From positions 15,128,001 through 15,192,000 of the forward strand of contig JAQFVV010000001.1 of assembly GCA_028023455.1 (NCBI GenBank): DNA of 64,000 nt. The letters run 5' to 3'. The notes under the pieces are model-generated. The model had not been told where the DNA came from. It saw nothing but the letters and a program-made list of their open reading frames with translations, and searched no databases. The position numbers were made by a program, and so were the translations under genes. Of this stretch, positions 40,094 to 54,400 are shown in pieces. Within the stretch, counting starts at the first letter, position 1, and each line of letters opens with the position of its first letter. The DNA is from Epiperipatus broadwayi (taxonomy: Eukaryota; Animalia; Onychophora).

Positions 40094-41713
40094 CCCTTTG
40101 ACCACCAGTACAAGTTTCTAGAAATTTCGATTTTGAGATGAGTTTACACGTAAACGGTAAATGTTACACATACGAGCCTTACGTTACTCTTTGCGCCATT
40201 TTGTTTTCTATGTGAAAATGTAAGAATTTTTTCTGTACGACAATTTTTAGATTTTTTATGAATATTTTTAGAAAAGGGTACCTAAAAAAAATTTTTATTT
40301 TTTTATTTTTATCAGTTTATATATCGTAAAAAAGTTATTCCACAATAGTTGGATCAATTACTGAAGATTTTATTCTGATTTTCCGTTGAAGTTGTCCGCA
40401 ATTCTGGGCCCTCTTCTCAAGTTACGTTTTTGGATAACGTTCAAGGGTATGTAATTACTTTTTTTTATATTTTTTTTTTTATAAATTAAAATATTTTCTA
40501 TGTACTGAAACAAATAAATATGATATAGAATAATAAATTATAATATTTTCTATGAACTGAAACAAATAAATATGCTATAAAATAATAAATTATATTATTT
40601 TATATACACTATAGAATAATAAGTTATAATATTTTCTATGTACTGAGAGAAATAAATATGCTATAGAATAATAAATTTTAATATTTTATATAAATAAATA
40701 CGCTACAGAATAATAAATTATAATATTTTCAAATAAATATGCTGTAGAATGGAAAAAACTTGAAAACTGGGGTAATCTGTCACCCCGTGAGCTGATGGCA
40801 TTTTTTGGCAGGATTATAAATATGAATAGTGTATCACGCGTGACCAAGTTTGAATTTATGGATGAATTATTGCATCAGCCCAGACTTGCTAAAGTTATGA
40901 CCCGCAATTGATTTGTGTCAATTTTAGGCAAGTAAATAGGATATTGTATAGATTTTCTGGCTTCCTCAATCCATCCACTTATTGTTACAGTGTCATGTAT
41001 TTGAACTCAGCCTTTCTTCATATCTTTTATGCAAATAATAAATATATCAAGTTCATGCTACACAACTGGAATTTCATGTAATATAGGATATTTTATACAC
41101 AGTTTCTGGCTTCATGTATTTGAACTCAGCCTTTCTTCCACACATGTAATCATTGTTAATAATAAAAAATTATCTTTATCGATTTATTTTTATTCATTTT
41201 ATTTTTTATGAGTTTATTTATTTATTTTTGAATACTGTTCTGTTACTTTTTTCTCATACTAAAAACCATTCATATTGTTATAGGTACTTTTAAACAAATG
41301 AACACATCTGGCTCTAGAATAAAAATGGACCACAACAAGGCAGCTGTTTTAGTAATTTTCTCAATGCAAAATTTCCTCAGATAAGACTTCCAATACATCA
41401 TTTTTTTGGAAATTTTGTGACGGATGTGATGAAGCTGTTTATGAAATTTTCATTTTATCATTTGAATTTCAAAATTTAGGATTTGTGAATCAGTGTAAAA
41501 ATAAACATTCTTAAAACTATTAAAAAAATTTTTTTCTTAACTTTTTCTTTATGAAATGATTATGTTAACAGCTTCATTATATTCTTTCATAGATGACCTT
41601 TCTTTTAATGCATGTTTTTTATATTTATTACATTCAAACACAAAATATCTAAGTTATTATAGTTAGGGTAAATTTTTCTAAAAATTAACAATGGCCGTCT
41701 GGTTTTCAAAGGG
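40094..41713 (+). mobile_element. Decayed piggyBac element
   Basis: TTAA+CCCTTTGACCACCAG on the left, CTGGTTTTCAAAGGG on the right (13/15 match). Transposase relic W..LSPRELMAFFGRIINM...AKVMTRN*FVSILG (about 40750-40930). Internal minisatellite of about 52 bp at 40490-40745. Confidence 0.8.
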
Positions 41714-43899
41714 TAGGCTACAACATTTTTTTACATAAAAAAAAAATTCATTTACTTTTATCTAATAAATTTAAATATATTTCATTAATCATCAAATTTT
41801 TGTTAATTTTAATTTACAGTTTCATGCGACCAAGTATATAACTGAATAGTTTGTAATTTATATATTGCGCTAGAGACGCACATCGATGAAGTTATATTAA
41901 AAGTTTATAATTGCTTAGCGCTTTTGGAAATTTCGTGTTTCCGTATTCATAAATTATAATAAGAATGTTTGTTGTTAGCTTGTCTAACAGAGATGTATGC
42001 AAATATAAGCAAATCTACCTAGACCGCCCATTTTTTCGAAATGGAAAACAAGCATTTCTCCTATTGATAGAGTTGGGGTTGTCTAAATTTTTAACATTTT
42101 GCAACATTTTCAGTTTTCTAAATATTATTACAAATTATTTATAATTCTAAAATCCAAATACATTTTACATGTAAGTACAAAAACACTGAATTGCTTCTCT
42201 ACTTTAATTCCACCTCATGCGGAAAATATAATTTACGATAGGATACTATATTTAAAAAAAAAAACTATCAAACGTTTACCGTTGTATATACTTAAAAATT
42301 TTGATCGTAGTTCCACTGACTGCAATAAACCTTCGTAGGTTCCTTCAGTAGTTTCTAAGCGAACTTTTTTATCTTTAAAATTTTCCATATTAAAAGAATT
42401 CATGACTTAATTCACTGACATAAACTTCTGACCGTCAGCGTTCCCAACAGCTTTCAGCACAACTTTAACTTCTTAGTATTCTCGTTAATTATTATCACGC
42501 GGGAATCTCGATCTCGAATCTTGAGATTATCCCAACATTGGGTTAAATTTATTTTTAAAATACTTTTCAGATAATATATGTCAGTTTTACTTTATTTATT
42601 TATAGTTATATATACAATAAAGACCGCTAGATATACATTCCAACTGAAAAGTACGCATAAAAATATGTTTTTTTTTTTTTAAAAAAAGTTTTATTAACAT
42701 TTATATGTAGACATAGTTTATTTATTATTAGATACACTGATTAAAGTTGGATACATTTGGGAGGGGAAAAAAATGTAGTTCAGTTTTTTAAAAATAGAGG
42801 GCGAAGTGTCGAGACCGCTATAAGTCAGTTTTATCGTTTGTAAACATTACCTTTAGCGGTCTGAAACTTATACGTTCTGACGGAATAATTTCGACCATTT
42901 TAAAAAAATTTAATTTTTTTTTGCCTATCGTGACAGTCAATGAAGTGTTAGATCTTCCAGCTGTTCACGCAGAATCTTGCTTTTCGTGGCAGTTGATGGA
43001 GAATTTCGAACTCCGGAATTGGCAATGAGGTAGTTAGCGAGTAGGTAAAGAACAGTGTTCACTGGTAAGATATGCTGATGGTGCGGATGGTGTTAGTGGC
43101 AATGCAGATTATGTCGATGCGTGCGAAACGTAAGCTAAAATGGCAGTTTGTTACCAGCAACGTCTTATTTTCGTCCTATCTGCAGGGATTTTCATTCAAG
43201 ACTCTTTGCAATAGTGACACCATTTTCGTGGAATTTATTATATATATTGCCGAGACCAATGTATTGTAATTCGAAATTATTCCGCCAGAGTGCATATGTT
43301 TTGGCTCGCTAAAGATTGTTTATCTGGTTTTTTCCAGAAGCAAGATTGAAAAATTAAAATGTTAACTATTCCCTATATTTCAAAATGTATTTATTTTTTG
43401 TCCATTACTTTATACTTATCACCAAATATGCTGTATTTAGGTATACTTAGTTACCGCAAAATAAACCGGCTGATGAATAAATGATATACAAACTTAATGT
43501 CAATACATTTATTATATCTATCATTAAAAATATATTCAACAATTAATTTTAAGAGGTTCTCCTTCGTTAGAGTTGCGACTCCTTGTAAAACATAGAACAA
43601 TAGCTTGTTTTATGAAGGTGTTTATGCGTGATATAATAAACACGGACTCATAAAAATGTGATTAAACATTTGTTAATTAAAACAAACATGCAAATACGTC
43701 TTTATAATATATAACATATCTTCCTTTGATACCGTTGGCAAGATATATCGTATAATTGCGATGCAAGGGGATTAGGTACACCTTTAAGTTTACTCACATT
43801 TCCAGTTGAATTGTGAGAGCTTGCTCGTGTATGGGTACGGTGACACAGCTGTTCTGTGACAGTCTGCCCCATGTCTGATTTAGATTTATAGCAACTCCC

Positions 43900-44140
43900 A
43901 GTTCTGATGTAAACTTGCCTCACTGGTTAAGCCATGTAAGGATAACATGCGTCCTGCCATTCAGGTCTAGTAGTAAATTTCCATAATGAAAACAGTTGGA
44001 TTCACTGAGCATCATACATTGACCAGTATCTGTCATTGGATATATATTATCTACTCGTATACCTATAGGTCTGTGGTGATGAATGCTCAATCTGATTAAG
44101 ATGGAATCTGGACTAATCCATTAGTTGAAGATAAGATGAG
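43900..44140 (+). repeat. Repeat family B copy 1 (possible decayed HHR at 44086-44124)
   Basis: Similar to 46615-46850 (aacttgcctcactg...attggatatatatta...gctcaatctga...ccattagttgaag...gagatataac). Confidence 0.65.
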
Positions 44141-44394
44141 ATATAACATTTTCCGCTCTGATTAAAAGTAGCCTTGGAGAATGTAGTCATTCAGAAGCTT
44201 CGATAGATGTCTTCATCACATTCTGTTTTAAACAAGTTTAATGATTTCTTCAGCAAATTTGCTGACTTTGAACTTTGTAGATTTATTATCATTGTGCTGT
44301 GTCTTATGACCAGCAAGTAAATAAATGGACAAAGGCAGAATTGAGATGGTAAGATTATAGTTTAATACGGATAATTTTAACTATATACATAGCC

Positions 44395-46310
44395 TATTAT
44401 AAGGCGAAATAAAATAAAAGGTCGTGGTGACCTGCATATAAATACCCTAGTCCTGCGTTTGGACTTACAGAGGCAGGAGTCTCTGACTATAATTAAAACT
44501 CAGAACATACTCAGAACAATTAGATGGCAGTGGGGGTTTATATACCCCTCAAGACTTCTGGAGTCTTTTACATTCCTAACCATATATGGTGTTTTCACTT
44601 GCGTTTTCACATAGAGTATTTTTAGGTTTCTCACCATATATGGTATTTTACATAGTTTTCTGACCGTATAAGGTCAGCTGGGCTTTCTAATATTATACAA
44701 CTTTCTATGATTTAACAGCATTGCAATTTTACACAGTCTTTATACTTAATTACTATACAGTTATTTTACATATTTATTATACATTACAGTTATTACTTTT
44801 ATTCTACATTTATACAATTATTATTATTGTTTTACATATTTGTTATATTTATACAATATATTCATTATACATTATGTGTTTATACCTTGACCTTGAATAC
44901 TGCACATTGGCTGATGACTCTTTACTACTGTTAGCTGATGACTCTTCACTGTTGCTTGATAATACATAGTCTAAGCTTAGTTTGTTTCTATGCCTGTGGT
45001 ATTGCTGGCCGATGTTTGAACAACAACTGTTTGAAATGCTTTTAATGTTATTATAATAGCTGGACCCATTGATGAGTCCCTTGAACACTGATATAGGACT
45101 TTAGCTGCTATCTGCATTTTAACACTTTTATTTTCATGGATTGTCCTAGGTTCAAATTTAATTTATTAGCCACATCTAGGTAGACCCTATTAGATTTTAT
45201 TTTTGTGATCTGTTTCACTTTAGTCATTGTAAAGCCCAAATGATTGAACCAGTCATGGCATAATAAATTGTTATGCTTACCTGCAGACGTAACAAAATGC
45301 AAATAAATTGTTTTAGTAGACCTAATAACTTTTAATTCTTGTTTGATCCAAGAGTGATATTTGATTGCCTTGATAGCCAGTAATTGCTCTCTTGCTAGAA
45401 TGCAAATGGTGATTACTTTTTCTATTATTGATAGCTCAAATATTTTTTGACACAATGGATATGCAGATTCAATGTCCAGTTCCATTGTTTTTGCTGTATC
45501 ATTAATAATAATTCTGCTTATGAAAACCGAATCAATGCCTCACATTATTTACTTACCCATTTGATTTTTATTTCATTTTACATTGACTTCTGGCTTTTTG
45601 GCATAAACTCTTTCATTTTTTCCTTGAATGACTTGCTTTTTCTTTTTAAAGTGCTTGGACAATTTAGTATCATATGATAATAAGCAGTTTTTCTATAATT
45701 TGCATGCTTACAGTATCTATATACTGTATCATTTTGTAAACATTCAGTATGTGAGTTTTTTTATTTATTGTTGACTGGGTTTTTGTTTGATCCAGTTTTC
45801 TGATTAATAAGTTTTATACTGTAGTTCATTCTCTTCAATGGCATATTATCTGACTTGCTATTGACTAGTCACCTGGTTCTAAGATTATAGTTTTTTATTA
45901 CATAAATGAAATGATCTGTCATAGGTTTATTTAAGAAGCTGTTAGAAAGTCCCAGTTGAGAGCTTTCTGAGTTTACTGCCAAAAATGCACTTTCTCCCCT
46001 TTCCCATGTGTACATGTATTGCAGTGATATCTGAATTATCATTAAGGATTTTGGGTAGAAAATTTTTGACAATAGAGATAATGCTTTACCAAAATTCAAG
46101 CTCTGCCAGAAATATTAGGTCTGCATATGATTACAATATATCGTAGATCAGAGATCTACCTATAGACACAAATGTGGTTAATTTTAAATCAAGCTTTTTC
46201 ATTTGATTGATTGCCTTGAGCTATTGAAAAGCACTTGATCCATGTAGGATGGCCAATATTCAGGTAGGCCTTATTGAACTCTTCTAATAAGCAAATTTAG
46301 CCATTTTGAT
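44395..46310 (-). mobile_element. Internally deleted Ty3/gypsy LTR retrotransposon (gag-protease relic, integrase tail, 3' LTR)
   Basis: Gag start MAK..LLEEF...EYWPSYMDQ (about 46230-46305). Protease MELDIESA (DTG-like) ... NLLCHDWFNHLG (LLGRDW-like) in ORF 45108-45485. LTR-like segment about 44395-44717 with a TATATAAA box. Confidence 0.7.
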
Positions 46311-46614
46311 TTTTTTTCAGCCAAACTTAGATTTGATTTCTTTTTTTAATTTCTATTAGTGCATTAATAATATTAGCTATCAATTTTTAATTTTTAATGA
46401 CAAAGATCCAGATGGAGATAAGATGCGATCATGATTTTGCCAAATATTTGTGCATGATTATATAACCCAGACTTATAATTTTCAAAAATGTATTTATAAT
46501 ATATGCAACTATTATACCTTTGCCTGATACCTTTGTCAGCTAGGCACCTATTAATATGAGGCTTTATGTATCTTTCTAAGTTTACCTCACACTTTCAGAT
46601 TTTGGTTCTAGAAA

Positions 46615-46850
46615 TTTCCAGTTCTAATATTAACTTGCCTCACTGCTTTAGTCACATAATGGACAATTTGAACCAGACCTCCTCTATAAAGAAAACAATC
46701 AGTTTCATCACCCATTGGCATGTATTCGCTATTGGATATATATTATTTATATATCTATTGATCTGTAATGATGACTGCTCAATCTGAAGAAGATACAATG
46801 GAATATGAACTATCCATTAGTTGAAGGTAAAGGTGAGATATAACAAAAGA
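46615..46850 (+). repeat. Repeat family B copy 2 (possible decayed HHR at 46778-46820)
   Basis: CUCAAU CUGAAGA AGAU..AUAU GAAC UA UC C AUUAG; homologous to 43900-44140. Confidence 0.65.
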
Positions 46851-47361
46851 TACTGTAGTACTTGCTGCTAGAAGCTTCCTACTCCAGACTTCGGCACACA
46901 TTCTAGGTCTCAGTCCCATTATCTAAATTCCTTCTCAAATGGACCTCTGCTTTTTAGCAGATCCTTCTCCTCACTAGAACAGTTGAATTCACTGACTTAG
47001 TCTTATGATTGACCTCTTTATGTCTTTAACTTTTTTTTTATTAATTATTATTTCAGTGTTCAGCTGTATTGTGTACTAGCCCATTATTTGAAGAAAAGCT
47101 TGAAATGAGTGTTATATCTTGACTTACCTTTAACTTAAAACAGTAATACTACCCAGTGCAAGTCATGATAATGGATGCAAGAAAGTTTGTTCAGAAAATC
47201 CCTATTAGTACCTACTCATCCAATATCCCAGAATAGGTTATAGTTTGTGGTTTTGATCAGTGAATAGATTTGAACCTGAACACTATCTATATTTTAGGAT
47301 ATAATGCAACACTTTAGCAACCACCTTTTATTTTTTTAGTTAACCGGAAAGCTATTAGTAC

Positions 47362-48176
47362 AAAATGAAAACACTGTAATAAACAATTCAATCTAAGCTC
47401 ATTCACTCGTTTAGTCATATGGATCTCAAACCAGTTCAATATCTGTACATTTTGATGTGTTTGGTTCTTTAATAACCATAGTCACTATCATTCCAAGGGA
47501 AGAACTGATAGTAAACCACTAATCATCACATAAACACCATTTCCTATGGTCATAGAAACAAAACAGTAGCAAACTTTTCACATTGTAGTGTCACCTGCCT
47601 AGTGCAAGTCTGGTAATCAATAGTTGCAAAAGCTTTGTGCTTAAAATTCCTATCAAACAAGCCAAAAATTAGCCTGAGGATATTGAATGAGTAGGCATTG
47701 GATATGAATTTTATTCACAAGCATTCTTACATCCATTGATTACCATGGCTTACACTGGGTGGCACTACTGTATGGAAAGTTTGGTATTGTTTTAACAGCT
47801 AGTGGTAATCATATGATGTTTAGTAGTTTAAAAAATGTATATATACTGAACTGGGTTCAGATCTATGACTATACAAGTGGCTGAGCTTGAATTAAAAATA
47901 TTGTGTTATCATTTTGACTAACAGCTTTATAATTAACTAAAAAGATAAAAGGTAGTTGCTAGATGGTTGCATTAGATCCTAAGATCTATGTGAGATGCTC
48001 TCAAATCCAAGACTCATCATTGATGAAAGCCACAAGCTAGAAACTAGTCTGGGGCTAGGAATTTCATGCACGAATCGTGCATCTGGGTGGCATTACTGAA
48101 CGGAGGGTTTGCTACTGTATTAATAGCTTGTGCAAGCATAGGAAATAGTGATCATAAGATGTTTAGTGGTTTAATT
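47362..48176. mobile_element. Family A: inverted partial copy followed by more than one tandem monomer; HHR at 48014-48054
   Basis: Minus piece 47362-47654. The plus piece starts at HHR stem III (aattagcc/tgagg, about 47664-47680) and runs through the next HHR, UCAUCA UUGAUGA AAGC-CACAA-GCUA GAAAC UA GUC / UGGGG. Confidence 0.8.
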
Positions 48177-48249
48177 ACCTTTGACTTGTGGACTAATCCA
48201 GATTACATCTAATCTTTATCAAATAGGGCATTTAATACCACAAACCACT

Positions 48250-49800
48250 AGATATATAAATAGATAAGAGACATTCTATAGCAGAAATAGGCCAATGGTA
48301 GATAATTCTAGGTGATTCTGATTGTTTTCATTATGGATAGAGGTTATAAATAGGCAGTTCAGCTGGAGATAAAGCCAAACGACAATAAATTACAAAGCAA
48401 TAAGGGAAGTTTGTGGTAGAACTGAAGGATATTAGATCATAAATTAGATATAAAGCACTCATAAAACATTTGGAAGTGTCATGAATATTGATTTCAATTT
48501 TACAATTATTCATTTGATTGGTAACAGTGAGCTTAGATGCCTACCAACAGACACATCTGTGTAATCCATTTTTTAACTTTATTCTATTTGTGATTTGGTC
48601 ATTTCAATTATTACATTGCTTAATTGACTGAACTGATTCTCAATAAGTTGCTGATCTCATCTGCAGACACAACAAGAGACAAATAAATTGTAACTTTTAT
48701 TTTGCTTCACTCAAGATTAAACTTGTTGCCTTTGTAATCTATAATCATTTTACTATTAGTTTGCAGCTGATATTAATGATTGCCTAATATTTTTCAATAC
48801 AATAGATACTGCAGATCTGGTATCTAGATCCATTAATATTAGTGTGTCATTAACAGTAATTCAAATTTTGAGGACTGAAATAATACCTCTCACATCTTTC
48901 ACATTGTTTATATTGATTGTGTAAGACTATCCTTTGAATTTTTTAGAATAAAATCTATTCCTTTTTGGTTGTCTCAGGGGTTTTTAAGCAAGCTGTTTTT
49001 ATACATCTGACACATAATATCTACAAATACCTCTCACATTTTTCACAATTACTTATATTGATTATGTCTTTGCTTTACCTTTTGGATTTTTTTAGAATAA
49101 AGTCTCATTTTTTTCTGGTTGTCTTATTTTTTAAGCAACATATAATACTTAAAATTTAATATCTATGCAAACATTTACTGTGTGCATGCTTTGCAGTCAT
49201 TAATGATATTTTTAGTTGGAAGTTCCTATTTTTGTTTTTAATCAGTCAAGTATTTGTAGGTTCGAAATTTCTGACCAATAATGTTAATGCTGCCTATATT
49301 GCTGAAGATTAAGCTAGAGTCATTTAGAAGAATGCAAAATCAAAGGTGGCAATTGGATCATTAATAGTTTAACTCTAAAACTGTGATCTTTCTTTTATTA
49401 AATAAAATGATCACTTATGTTTGAAACTGTAGCTCAATGCTCTTTCTAAGTTCTATGGAAAATCTCTATTCTTTTCCTCTTTCCTAAATCTGGAGATTAA
49501 AATTGTATCTCTATAATATAGTTGAGGGTTTTTGATAGGAATAAATCAATAGGAAAAAGATTGCTTTGTCAAAATCTAGCTCAAATGGAAGTATAGGTCT
49601 GACTGAGAATCTCATATGTTAGAGATTTCTGTATTTTTAAAATTGTCACTAATTTTAATTCTTTTTTTGACTCAGTTTGTCTTGAATATGTTGGCTAATT
49701 TTCTGGATTGTCTGGATAAAACTCTTTGAGGAAACTAATTTTTGCATTGTGATTCACCTTACTGTGGGGAAAAAAAAATTTGTTCTCAACTTTCACAGAA
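48250..49800 (-). mobile_element. Probable very old LINE remnant
   Basis: Weak RT-like fragments (FIPIKNPQLYYR, about 49510-49545; SPAELPIYNLYP, about 48335-48370). Confidence 0.35.
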
Positions 49801-51340
49801 ATAAAGCAATTTTTAGCACTTCATTTCTCCATTTCTTTTTTTATTTGATTCGTGCTAATAATTTTAGCTAATGTCAATTCTTTTTAATGCTCTGAAGACC
49901 TAATCAACTCATTTGGGTAGATCTTGTCACAATTCTATTGTGTTAAATATACTTTTCTAATGGCTCTAGATGTTATATAAATGAAGTACAAATAAAAATT
50001 AATGTTAACATATTTATTCTATCAATTACACAATAGTTAATTAAAAGTATTTGCCTTCAATACCATTGATGGAATTACTATAACAACTAGTGATTTAGAG
50101 GAATGTTGCGATTCTTTATAAAATTTGGCATTTTCAATTATGATGACTGGTTTTTGGAAAACAATAATTTGAATTCCTGGAGAAAATAAATGTGAGTGCA
50201 GAAAAGAAAAATAAAAGTTGTAATTTCTTTTTAAAATGTCATGGAAGGTGTAAAGTGTGAATTAATTAATTTGGTGATAAATAATGAAGCAAGAACAATC
50301 ATATGTAATCTTAGAAATCTTCCATTAGCCTTGCACAGTAAGGCAATTCCAATAGTGGTAATCCCAGAGTGAAATATCTAAATTCCTATATGTGATTATT
50401 GTGTAACAATAAAACAGAATATTAAGCACTTGAATCCAATGCTTAATATATGGAATATACTGTTTACATTTCAAAATTGTTGCTTTTCAGAAAATTGTCT
50501 GTGAATGAGAAAATAGCTTTGATTATTCACATTGGCCTCTTTGGCAATAAATTATCTTTTGAAATCACTCTTAATATTGAAGCTGTAAATATCCTATTCA
50601 TATTTAGACTTCATTTAAAGCAAATGGTATAGGGTTTAAACCCATTCTATGCCTCACCACTGCCTGTCTCAAGCATTAGATAACTATGTATACTAATAAT
50701 TATCATGTCATAATCTAACATATATTTTTATTTGTATCACCATGTACATACATGAGTGCATATACATGCTCATGAAATAATCTTCGTCATTGTATAATAT
50801 GTGTTTGTAATTTGTATTCATGTGAAAATTTATCTGATATTTTATCATTACAGTTATACTTTAAATTATTGTCTGTAAAACTAACCGGTTGATTAATTTC
50901 TAATACTGTATTTTAGAAATTTATTTATGTTAATTACTAAACTTGAATATTACAAATTTAAAAGTAAATTATTAAACATGTAAGTGTTACATATAGATCA
51001 AATAGTTTTGTTAAAATTTTATACTAATTATTTCAGTTTGTAAGATTTATATTTATCAGTCTAAAAGAAAATACTTCAAAAAAGAAAATGCCTCAAATAC
51101 GATTTACTTAAAACAGTCAATTTTTGTATTATTAATTGTGAGGGTCATTAATTATTGTAATTTATAAAGTATAGCAAAATTCTATTTGTTTGTGTTTTTT
51201 TGCTGCTAATTAAATTCTTTGCTAATCTCCAATCCAATTAAATGAGTTGTATATTGTGGATTGAGATTAGGGCTTTCAGAACTCATTATTAAATTTTAAT
51301 TAAAATTTTTTGTGTGTTTTGTGTTTTCTTTATTTCTTTT

Positions 51341-51438
51341 AATAGCCATGGGGAAGTTTGGATTTGCCATCTTCGTATGAGCCAGCCAATAGCCATGGGG
51401 AAGTTTGGATTTGCCATCTTCGTATGAGCCAGCCAATA
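51341..51438. repeat. Perfect 47-bp tandem duplication within a promoter-like region
   Basis: AATAGCCATGGGGAAGTTTGGATTTGCCATCTTCGTATGAGCCAGCC x2 (51341-51387, 51388-51434). Contains YY1-like GCCATCTT and creates AGCCAAT at each unit end. Confidence 0.9.
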
Positions 51439-54400
51439 TCAGGAAATCATCATTAACCCCAACCACAGAGAACCGCTTAGAGCAATTGCAATTGGTCGTT
51501 GTCAAAGTTAGATGGATCCTATAGATAATTTTGGGATTAAATAAATAACCTCAAAAAACATTTAAAAATTGATTATTTAATTTGCTTAGTGAAAGGTTAC
51601 CTGTTCTATTTGAAAGAAAAAATTTTAAAATGAGGTGAAAAAAAAAATCGTTCGTTCGAAATCTGTCAGCAAGTCGTCACCACGCTATGCAAGGCCGTAT
51701 CATTAAGCCCAGTACTAACGAACTGTGTCCAGAAAGTCTAACAAGATGAAAACTAGCTTTAATGAAGCCTGCTTTGAAGAATGGACCGTTTGCTAATTGG
51801 TAGTGAGGTAAACGCATTTAACAAGCCAACAATTTTAAACTGTAACTTTCAATCTTTTATTTTAAAATCCCAAAGTATAGATTTGTAATGTTTATACAAC
51901 TTTAACAGAATATATATTGCAACCACTTTAATCTACACCTATATCACCTTATACACATATAAATGCCCAGGCACCAATTCTATACAAGATAGAATAAAAT
52001 TTATAATTTAGGTTGCATCTCTAATTATGGATAAGACTCTTATTATAGCATTAATCTACAGCTTAGCTCATTTGGGGATTATAGGATCTCATGCTCATCT
52101 AGAATGCAAAAGGGATGAGAGAAGCATTTATAAACAATAATTATATAATGTTTACTTAGTTATATAATAAGTACTTACTTAAGTTATCAAAAGAAAACAA
52201 TTCATGATATGTTCAATTCTCCCACCATCCAAGTACATGCCAGACCAATCACACCACTCATCTAATATGTTTGGGGATCACTGTAACAATAATCAATCTA
52301 CAGACATTTGATTTAGATTGCACAGCTATACCAATGTTTACTTAAATGATGAAATAATCTCAAGGCTCTATAATATGAACAATAAGTCAATCCTATTATA
52401 AGATGATAATTAAGTAATGAGGAACTATTGTGAAACTGACAATTCTTACAATGAAATAAAGGATAGACAATGATAGAGATTGGGTGCATTTTTATCACAC
52501 ATCATTATCTATTTTTGACAAGATAAAATCTATATCTTGGCATTATACAATGTTTGGATCAATTAATTCAGTGTTATTAAACTCATAAGTATTACAATCT
52601 TATTAGGTTGAACATATGTGTGTGTCGAAATGGTCAATCGAGTGTACATGACAAAAAAATTCAGAGGGAATCTTACTTCAACAAACATTTATTACAAGAC
52701 ACATTTTTTTACAAACACGTTGATGATGATTTAACACTAATTCGCATTAACTACAAGCTTGACTAAATAACATTTAAATCACATAAATCCTATACACTTA
52801 ATATTTGGAAGCTCTTCCTCTTATCTGTTATTTCAATATTATTTACAACTCTATTTATTAAATTATTAACAATACAAAATAATTATATATTTATGTAACG
52901 ATGTTTATGTCATCTATTCTCATTCTGTGCTCTCAATGAATTAAGAAAAGTGGTAACAAATAATCAACTAATGCCATTGAAATTATTTTCGTATGTCCAT
53001 AAATATATAATTAAGTAACCATTTTCAATGTTAAATTCATACCGGAAGGGTGAATTGCCAGTAATAATAATAAATAAAATAATTATAATGTGGATGATAT
53101 AATTTGACAAGCTACTTAGAACTTACAATCCCAGCGATGGTCTCCCTCCATATCTTTGAGTTTATCATATATCCGATGTGTGTGTATTTATAAATTTACA
53201 ATCATAACATATTTATTGATTATATTTTCTATCAGTTTACTTGTGGAATGAATAAACTTCACAATACAGATGGTACAATGAGCTAATTATTAATCCAACT
53301 TCAAGTATATTACAGAAATCACTAAAACATCTGAAATAACTAACATATACTACATGATGATAATTACATGGAATAAAGAGGGAGAGCAAAATAATAGCAA
53401 ATAAGTATTCACTTACATGCATGTGAGGATTAACAAGACTCCAATCATCAACTTAATTCATCAACATAGTAGGGTACCAACTTTTCTGACACAAATAGAG
53501 TGGAACCCAGCTAACTTATCATGTATAAATGGAACATCTACCACTTCATTTTAAGGAATATAATTATCACATCATATATTATCAAATAAGGAAATAGGTA
53601 TACCACTACCCATGGCTCAATAGATAAATAACTAAAGGGAGCATTACTCAATCCAAATAGCATGATTATCCCCTCAATCACCCCTTCACTCAAAAGGTAT
53701 CTAATGCATTTCATATAAGACAAATCCATAAACAGATAAACTCTTAAATTTTCACACTCTTTAAAACATAGTGACAACTGAAACTGATAGAAAAACAAAT
53801 AAGCATAAATCTAACTCTTATAAAATAGCTTATGACAGCGAACACACATGCAAACATATGATCATGTATGAAATATTTTCGAAATCACAGACAAAAAAAT
53901 GTTATATTACTATTAATTAAATTATAAATGAATTAAATACCTATGAAAAATTATGAACGTCGACTTTCAAATTCATGTAAATACTATCAAGTAAGCCTGA
54001 CAATTTGGCAATATTGACAAATATTTCCATGTATCTATTTATCATTACCAACTAATGAATAATGATAAAGCACTCAATTTGCACCGATAATATGAGCATG
54101 GGAATATAACATTTATACATAATACAATAAAAGAAAATATTACCGGTTTGGTATAATTTATTCCAAAATCTCCGAGATGTTTTAGAGGAGATTAGGCAAG
54201 TAAGAGTAGAAATGTACACATAGCTCACAACGGTAATGATGGATAAACAAACATTAAAACATAGACATTACTCATGCAGGATAAACATGAATTTGGTAAA
54301 ACAGCAATAATCTCCAATGTTTTTAGGGCTTTCTAATGGACATTACAAGCAGTTTTTGCACATATTTGAATCAAGTTATTTATCATAAAATATCCAAAGC

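Noticed and set aside
40490-40745. CRISPR-like repeat-spacer array (also considered for 6825-7190)
   Set aside because: AT-rich degenerate repeats in a eukaryotic context, with no constant repeat, unique fixed-length spacers or cas genes.
42600-43330. Host exon or promoter in a CpG-richer segment with an 18-bp inverted pair (about 42878 and 43270)
   Set aside because: No consistent frame or splice pair; more likely an unclassified DNA-transposon relic, and not supportable.
49880-49935. Hammerhead-like CUGAAGA CCUAA..UUGGG
   Set aside because: No GAAA and no stem I; could be chance.
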